Translations under genes and position numbers: made by a program
Notes under the pieces: generated by a model
What the model was told of the DNA's origin: nothing
The model's input: only the letters and a program-made list of their open reading frames with translations
Database searches by the model: none
Part shown: piece by piece, positions 53,374 to 64,000 of the stretch
How the letters are laid out: every line of letters starts with the position of its first letter
How positions within the stretch are numbered: the first letter of the stretch is position 1
Source: the human T2T-CHM13v2.0 reference genome, Homo sapiens
Length of the DNA stretch: 64,000 nt
Assembly (NCBI RefSeq): GCF_009914755.1
Contig: NC_060935.1
Reading direction: 5' to 3' (one strand)

Positions 53374-55571
53374 TCAGTTGTTCCATCTAAGTTGGGTGGA
53401 CTAATAGAATTTCTGTCATGACAATGAGGATGAAGTGAGTTAATCCCGTGGAGTGCTTAGCACAGTGCCTGGCACACAGTGAGTGCTCAATAACTGCCAC
53501 AGCTACTATCAGTTCTCAGTTCCTGAGCTTCCTTCCGCCAGGTCTGGCATCTGTCTCCGAGGCCTGGCCTCTGTCCTACATCTTTGTTCCTCAGTCTGGA
53601 GGCAATGATTTCTTTCTCCTGAGTGGGGTTAACCTAGAGCCTGGAGGGTTGAGAGGGAAGAGAGGTAGCTGAAATGACATCTTGTCCCCCTCCCTCACCC
53701 CCAATCCAAGCAGAGCTGCGAAAGGCCTGGTGTCAATGGCATTTGCTCCTTGCACCCACACAGCCCCTCCTCAATGTCTGACAGCTGCATGCTGGGACAG
53801 CAGTGAGGCACAGGGGGTCTGGCCATGTCTAGCCAGAGGGCAGCATGGCACTGAGAGGTCCACATTCCAGGGGCTGGCTCCCAGGACCGCGTGAGGACTG
53901 GTGTGGGTGGAATTCTCTAGGGGCTCTGTCTGAGAATGGGGCTGAAGGCTCTGCCCTGGGTCAAGGTTCACCCTAGGTTCCAAACCCACACCTGGAACAG
54001 GCCTGCAGCAGGCTCAGCTTCCATGGGCACTGCTATCTGGGGACTCCTGCCAACCACTGCTCCCTGCCGTGAGTCCCTGGTGTTCTGGGTCAGCAGGTAT
54101 CTCCACAGGCTTCCCGGGGGAAGACTGCCTCTTTCAGCACCTTCTAAATTTAGGGCTTGGGCTCCGTGACTCACTCCTCTGAGCCTGCTTTGCTCCCCTC
54201 CTCCAGGAATGTGCTCCCACAGGATCTGCATCCTCTGCTGCCTCAGACTGATGAAGGCCCCACAATCCTGCAGCAGCCACACGCACACCAAGGAGAGCTC
54301 TCGGCCCCACTCGCCCCAGACCGGCCCTGGGTTTCTCCCGACTGGGCCCTGTACTCTCCTTCCCTTACCTCTCCATCTTCCCAACCCTCCCTGCAAACCA
54401 CAGCCCACCCAGGTGGCTACATTGGGAGCTGGCTCCAAGCATGACTATGAGGGTAGTGCGGGGAGGAGAGGTGGAATCAAGCCCTGCCCCCTCCCATGTG
54501 GCTGTGGGCAGAGCCCTCACCTGAAGTCAGGAGGCTTGAGTTCTGGACCAGACTCACGCTTACCTCGCCGTGGGGCTCTCAGTGAGTTCTTGGCCTCTCT
54601 GGGATTCTCTTTCCTCCTCTATAAATAAGGAGTTTGAACCAGACTTCCATTAGGGAAGCTTGAAACAGAGCTGAAGTGAGCACAGGGCCAGGCCTCCAAC
54701 TACTAACAAGGTGGGCCGGGGGGGTATCTGATGTCAGGCCCTGTCTCCCACCCAGGCGCCCCTCTTCCCCCAGCCCCTGCTCCATGAGGGGAAACGAGGA
54801 CCAAGAACCTGCTGTTAGCGTTCATGGACTTCTGCCATGCAGGGAGGAAGCTCATGCACAACCCCACACCCTGAAAGGGCCAGAAAGAGCCCAGGATCTT
54901 GTTCTGGTCTGACTGTCCAGGGCTGTAATGTGTAGCTTTGAGTAAAAACCATCTTCACTCTTGGCCTCAGGTTGTGGGGAAGAGAATCATGTGCATGTGC
55001 AGGTGTAAACACTCGAGACATTTCTCCCCTGCCAGCTTCCCAGAACTGGAGGAGGAGATGGGGACATGGGTCCTCCCTTGACTTTCAGAAATGCAGGCAC
55101 CCAGGGCAGGGTGTGGAGGTATCTAGAGATGGTCAGACCTGGGGCTGCTGCTTCTCTGCCCCTGCATTGACTTTTGGAGAACCCCATCTGCGGCCTGCCT
55201 CGACCTGTGTTCACAAGTAACAACAGTGGCTAACAGTTACTGAATGCTTACCACGGGCCTGGTGCTGGTCTATGCACTTAACAGGTCTTAACTCATTTAA
55301 TTTATAGGTAAACCTTGATAACAGGTCTTAACTCATTTAATTTATAGGTAAACATTGAGACAGTCCCAAGGCTTAGCATCCCCACTTTACAGACAATTTG
55401 AGGCTCAGAGAGGGGCAGGGACTCACCTGGGGTCACAGTCTTAAATCACTGGGAGGGCTGGTTAAAAGCCAGGTCTGAGGGCAATCCTGGCTTCTATTTG
55501 CTACCCCAAGGTAGTCCTTCTCGGAGTATACATTAGACACTAAATAAATGTTTGATGAAGATGTTTGACTA

Positions 55572-56581
<1,010 letters not shown>

Positions 56582-57101
56582 TATCTGGGATATCTTGAAG
56601 GATCTTGGATTTCTATTTCTACATATACCTGCCTTTCATGACTTGCCTGGGGAGGCCCAATCTGTAATGAGACCTCAGGGTCTCCCAGCCCTTCCCCCAA
56701 CCTACCCCCAAAACCTCTAAGAGCACTCTAGAGAGAATCAGCTGCATACAGCCCAGCTCCACCGCTCCAAGGGTCAGAGAAAAGTCCCCTTCCCTGGGGT
56801 TAGCTGCATGATCCTGCAGGTGCCATGGTGTGCCTAGGTGCCACCTCGCTTCACCTGGCTGGGGAGTGGCTCCTAGACCTCAGCTCAATGCGCATCACTT
56901 CCCCTTCTCATCAGCCGGGCCAGCCCAGGTATCACCTCCAGCTCCACTGCCCCCAGATGGAGTTACCTGAGTACCCAATTCCTCCCAAGCTCAGAAACAG
57001 TGTCCACTGCCTTCCCACTCCTTTCCATTCAGAGTCTGTCCCCTTAGTGCTGCCCCCTCATCTGTCACACCTGGGTTCTTTCCCTTACTTGGGCCACTGA
57101 C

Positions 57102-57890
57102 CTGAGAAGCAGGGTCTGTACAGCTCCAGCAACACTCTCCTCTTCCTCCAGAATTCTCCAGATCCTCCTCAGCTTCTTGGCTCTGGTGCTCATCTCAACA
57201 CAGCAGGGTCTTCCTCCATCAGGCCAAGGTGGGGGTAGGAGAAGAATTGGGAACAGGGACTCCCCTAGGTTCTCAGGGTACAGTCAGTCAATCTAAGCCT
57301 GTATCCAACAAAGACACTGACCCCTGGGGTACAAGGAAGGGCTCCAGGCCCAAAGGCAGGAGGATTAGGCTTTAGCTCTTGCTCACAGCCTGCTGAGACC
57401 TGGGGCAAGCCCCTGTCCCTCTTTGGGCCCTCAGGTTTGCAATTTGCAGAATGAGGAAATGGGTTCCTCAATCTACAATCACCTGACTATAATAATATTT
57501 TGCCTTTATATACCGCGTGGGTAAATTCCTGAAAGTAAACTAAGCTGTTTTCACCCCTGGATCTCATTTGATCCTCCCAACAGCCTGTTTGCATTTACAA
57601 ATGAGAAAGCTCAGTTCCCTAAGGGAACAAAATTACCCAAAGTCACACAGCAAGCTGGAAGCAGAGCCTGGGTGCAGTCCTTGAATCCTGATCCTTCCCT
57701 GGTCCTTTACTCTCTATGATGCTGGAAATCTGCCTGACTTCCTCTAACCTGTTGTCCCATTTGTAAAAGGACTGTTGTGAGGACTGAATTAGGAGAGGCG
57801 ATGAAGAGGGTCATTCCTTGTGAATCATAAAAGAAAGGACCACAGAACGATGACTGGACCGTTAGGTTACTATTTATTACGGTTATCTTC
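57102..57890 (-). other. STARD10: Candidate long non-coding STARD10 exon 1 from the distal promoter (5' end approximate)
   Basis: Minus-strand donor CAG|gtcagt with intron starting at 57101, downstream of the CpG promoter; consistent with recalled gene span. A second possible donor CAA|gtaagg lies at ~57088. Confidence 0.55.
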
Positions 57891-58445
57891 GCTCAGGCGC
57901 CCCCACGTGTCGATCCCGAGACTCTCGGCTTGCGCAGGCGCTCTTTGGTGTTTACAGCGGCCGCGAAGCCCCGCGTTTGCGCGTGCGCTTCCCGCCCGGG
58001 ACCGCCCAGAGGTCCCGGACTAGGGGCGGACTAGGGGCCGCTCTGCCTCCCGCCCCCTAGTGGTTGTGGCCGCTCTGTCACCACGGCTCCCGGGGCCTCT
58101 GTCGGCTCCACTTTGGTTGAGACGTCTCCACAGCCCAACAACGGCGGCGATCTGAGGAGAGGCAGGAGAAAATACGGCGCGCTCGGCATCGTCCTTCTGA
58201 CCGGGGACTCCAGCATCTCAGTCATCGCGTCACCAAGCCCCAGGTGCAGGTTCTGGCATCCATCATGGCAAACTGGAGACCGCGGTGAATTCCACCGGAA
58301 TGGCGCGCGCATTGCCACATGGGAACTGTAGTTCTTGGCTAGGACCTTTCTGGGGCTGGGCCGCTGGAAAAACTACATTTCTCAGGAGCTCAAGAGTCAG
58401 GCTGACAGAAAGGGGGCCCGCGGCATGTTGGGAGATGGAGTTTGG
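57880..58445. promoter_or_regulatory. STARD10: Distal STARD10 CpG promoter
   Basis: NRF1-like tgcgcaggcgc (57931) and tgcgcgtgcgc (57978); GC box ggggcgga; CTCF-like cgccccctagtgg (58051-58063); three ZNF143/SBS-type motifs (58321-58332, 58372-58383, 58422-58441). Confidence 0.8.
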
Positions 58446-58598
58446 GGGGTTCGTGCTAGCAGGGAAACAGTGAAGCAATGGAGCCAAGTGTTCTGAGCCT
58501 GGGCCTGTGGGTTTGAGTTGGGCAGGAGTTACACAGTAGCTCTTATAAGAGAGGAGTAGCATTGTTGCGGCTTTTAGAAAGAATGCTACTTATTAGTT

Positions 58599-59750
<1,152 letters not shown>

Positions 59751-59874
59751 GTCTGCACCTCTCACAGGGCTTCCTCTTCCATCACTCCTCAGAGACTGTA
59801 TTCACAGGGGTCACCTGTGTGTGAGATGCAGTTTGTCTTTTTTGGGGGGAGGGCAGGGGCTGTTCGTTTGTGGT

Positions 59875-61930
<2,056 letters not shown>

Positions 61931-62029
61931 AACACTTGCCTGGAAGATCTAAGTCACTAAATAGACAGGGTTTATAATGCAGGTACAGAGATCCAGGTAA
62001 GGAAGTTTTGAACACAATATTCTACATCT

Positions 62030-62325
62030 ATCTTATTTTTTCCAAAGAAACAGGACTGTAGGTCCTGTGGCAGTCCAGAACTGATGCCAGCCCCTTTATA
62101 CACAGTTCTGCTTTGCTTTGAGCCTATCAAAATATTGCTTCATTTAAATTTCACCTCATCTCCACCCCCTCCCAAACCCTGTAAAACTATCTTCCTTTGT
62201 GCTTAGTGGGACACTCCTTGGTTTCTCCAGTGTGCTGTCTGTCTCATTACAAGGGGACAAGAAACCTGACTTCATCAAACCATGGGTTTGTTCCTTGGTG
62301 GTCTTGGCTGATTGGGCTAGGACAG
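62030..62325 (+). mobile_element. Old ERV LTR fragment (family uncertain)
   Basis: LTR-like 3' end ...aagaaacctgacttc...tgttccttggtggtcttggctgattgggctaggaca. Confidence 0.45.
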
Positions 62326-63051
62326 CCTGAAATACTGGTGTCCTCCAGGTCTGCCACAGACCCTCTCTTTACTCTGCACACTTTTTTGGGATGACCTCAT
62401 TCACTTCCATCCATATGCTTATAGCCCCCAAACCTCCAGCTCAGGCCTTCTTCCTGCCTCTAGGACATCTCCCTCTGGTCGACTCACAAGTTCCTTAAAC
62501 TAGGTGTGTTCAAAACTGACTTTTTTTTTTTTTTTCTGACTCTTTGGTTGGAGGGCAGCTACTCCTCACTGGGCCAGGTCCCTCTTTACCCACTGCCCAC
62601 AAACTGCGTCACATTGAATCGGCTGTTTTTCACATAGATCAATATCCTAAAACCTTAGAAAGCTGGGAGGATTTCAAGGTGGGGGAAGGTAGAAACTGGG
62701 CCCGATTTGCTCCACCCCCTCATCCCTGTCTCTTGACAAGGGGTTGGGCCTCAAGGTGGAGGCTGCAGAGGAGGTCCCGCCTTTCTACCCCTTCTCCTGA
62801 TCTGAGCTCTCATGGTCTCCTACCTTGAAGACTTTCTAGTCAGTTTCCCCACCCCCTCCAGTCTTGATCCCTTCTTGTGTCTTGGGAATTTCACAACCAC
62901 CTCTCTTCTCTGATCCTGGTGGCTTTCTCCTGGGGTCAGCTGAGATCTCTGCAGAGGGGCAGCCTGTGGCCTATCTGCTGCTGGGAGGGGGAGTACTGTG
63001 ACAGGAAGCTTCCCTGTGGCTGTGCCTGGTTTTCCTTCTAACACTTCTTGA

Positions 63052-63575
<524 letters not shown>

Positions 63576-63655
63576 TGATGCTTGATTCTTCCCTTGGGGG
63601 GAGGAAAGGTATAATTTCAGTTCACTCCATCCCAAACACTGTTTTCCCTTTAAGG

Positions 63656-64000
63656 TGTCAGCCTAAATAACAGAGAGGCTCTTTAAAAGAAAATGACGTT
63701 TATTTGGGAATAGAACATCGCAATGGGAATACACATGCTATAGAAACCAGTGTGTATTCAGGGAGGTAAATGAAGACAAATGTTTTCAAAGGGAAAAAAT
63801 GAGGAGGATTATATAATTGTTTTGAAATAATTATGCTTGGCTACAGAGATCAGGTGACACCAGTCTGGGGTTAGCCAGGCAGTTGCTGGGCAGATTCCCT
63901 CACAGAAGTATTTTTATTTTTTTTAATTAATTAATTTTTTCTTTTTTTGTGTGGAAGGTTGCAGGTTGTGGTTTTTATAGTCGTTTGTGATTGTTTTTCT
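63656..64000 (-). mobile_element. ERV1 LTR (MER31-like), truncated by the window end
   Basis: Starts tgtcagcctaaataacagagaggctc, with tttatt (AATAAA on the - strand) ~45 bp in. Confidence 0.55.

Overview
Human/hominid genomic DNA, GC- and Alu-rich, recognised as the STARD10-ARAP1 locus (11q13.4). The full STARD10 coding sequence is on the minus strand in six coding exons (45416-45210, 23618-23471, 22870-22767, 22121-22004, 19991-19939, 19379-19134). These sum to 876 nt (291 aa + stop) with consistent GT-AG phases, and an AATAAA lies at 18982-18987. Two CpG promoters (~45.5-46.2 kb and ~57.9-58.45 kb) precede it. A third CpG promoter at ~16.3-16.9 kb, assigned to ARAP1 from recalled gene order, fires leftward, so 1-16.5 kb is probably ARAP1 intron 1. 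Also present: the mir-4692 hairpin, a Y1 RNA retropseudogene, a 36-bp minisatellite, MER1B/MER94/MER96B/MER53 DNA transposon fossils, a MER39 LTR, and many Alu/MIR/L1/L2 copies. Almost all other ORFs in the track are noise from GC-rich DNA or Alus. Best new observations: (1) a ~2 kb fossil inversion at 51.0-53.4 kb between two inverted AluJ elements, shown by a split MER53 and a split MIR whose target-site duplications now sit in opposite orientation; (2) interlocked non-Alu inverted repeats at 9.9-11.4 kb; (3) unusual 3'-end architecture of STARD10 (last acceptor with no pyrimidine tract, AATAAA inside exon 6, exon-6 skipping giving a non-stop frame). Repeat-family names and locus assignments come from memory of consensus sequences, not from a search.
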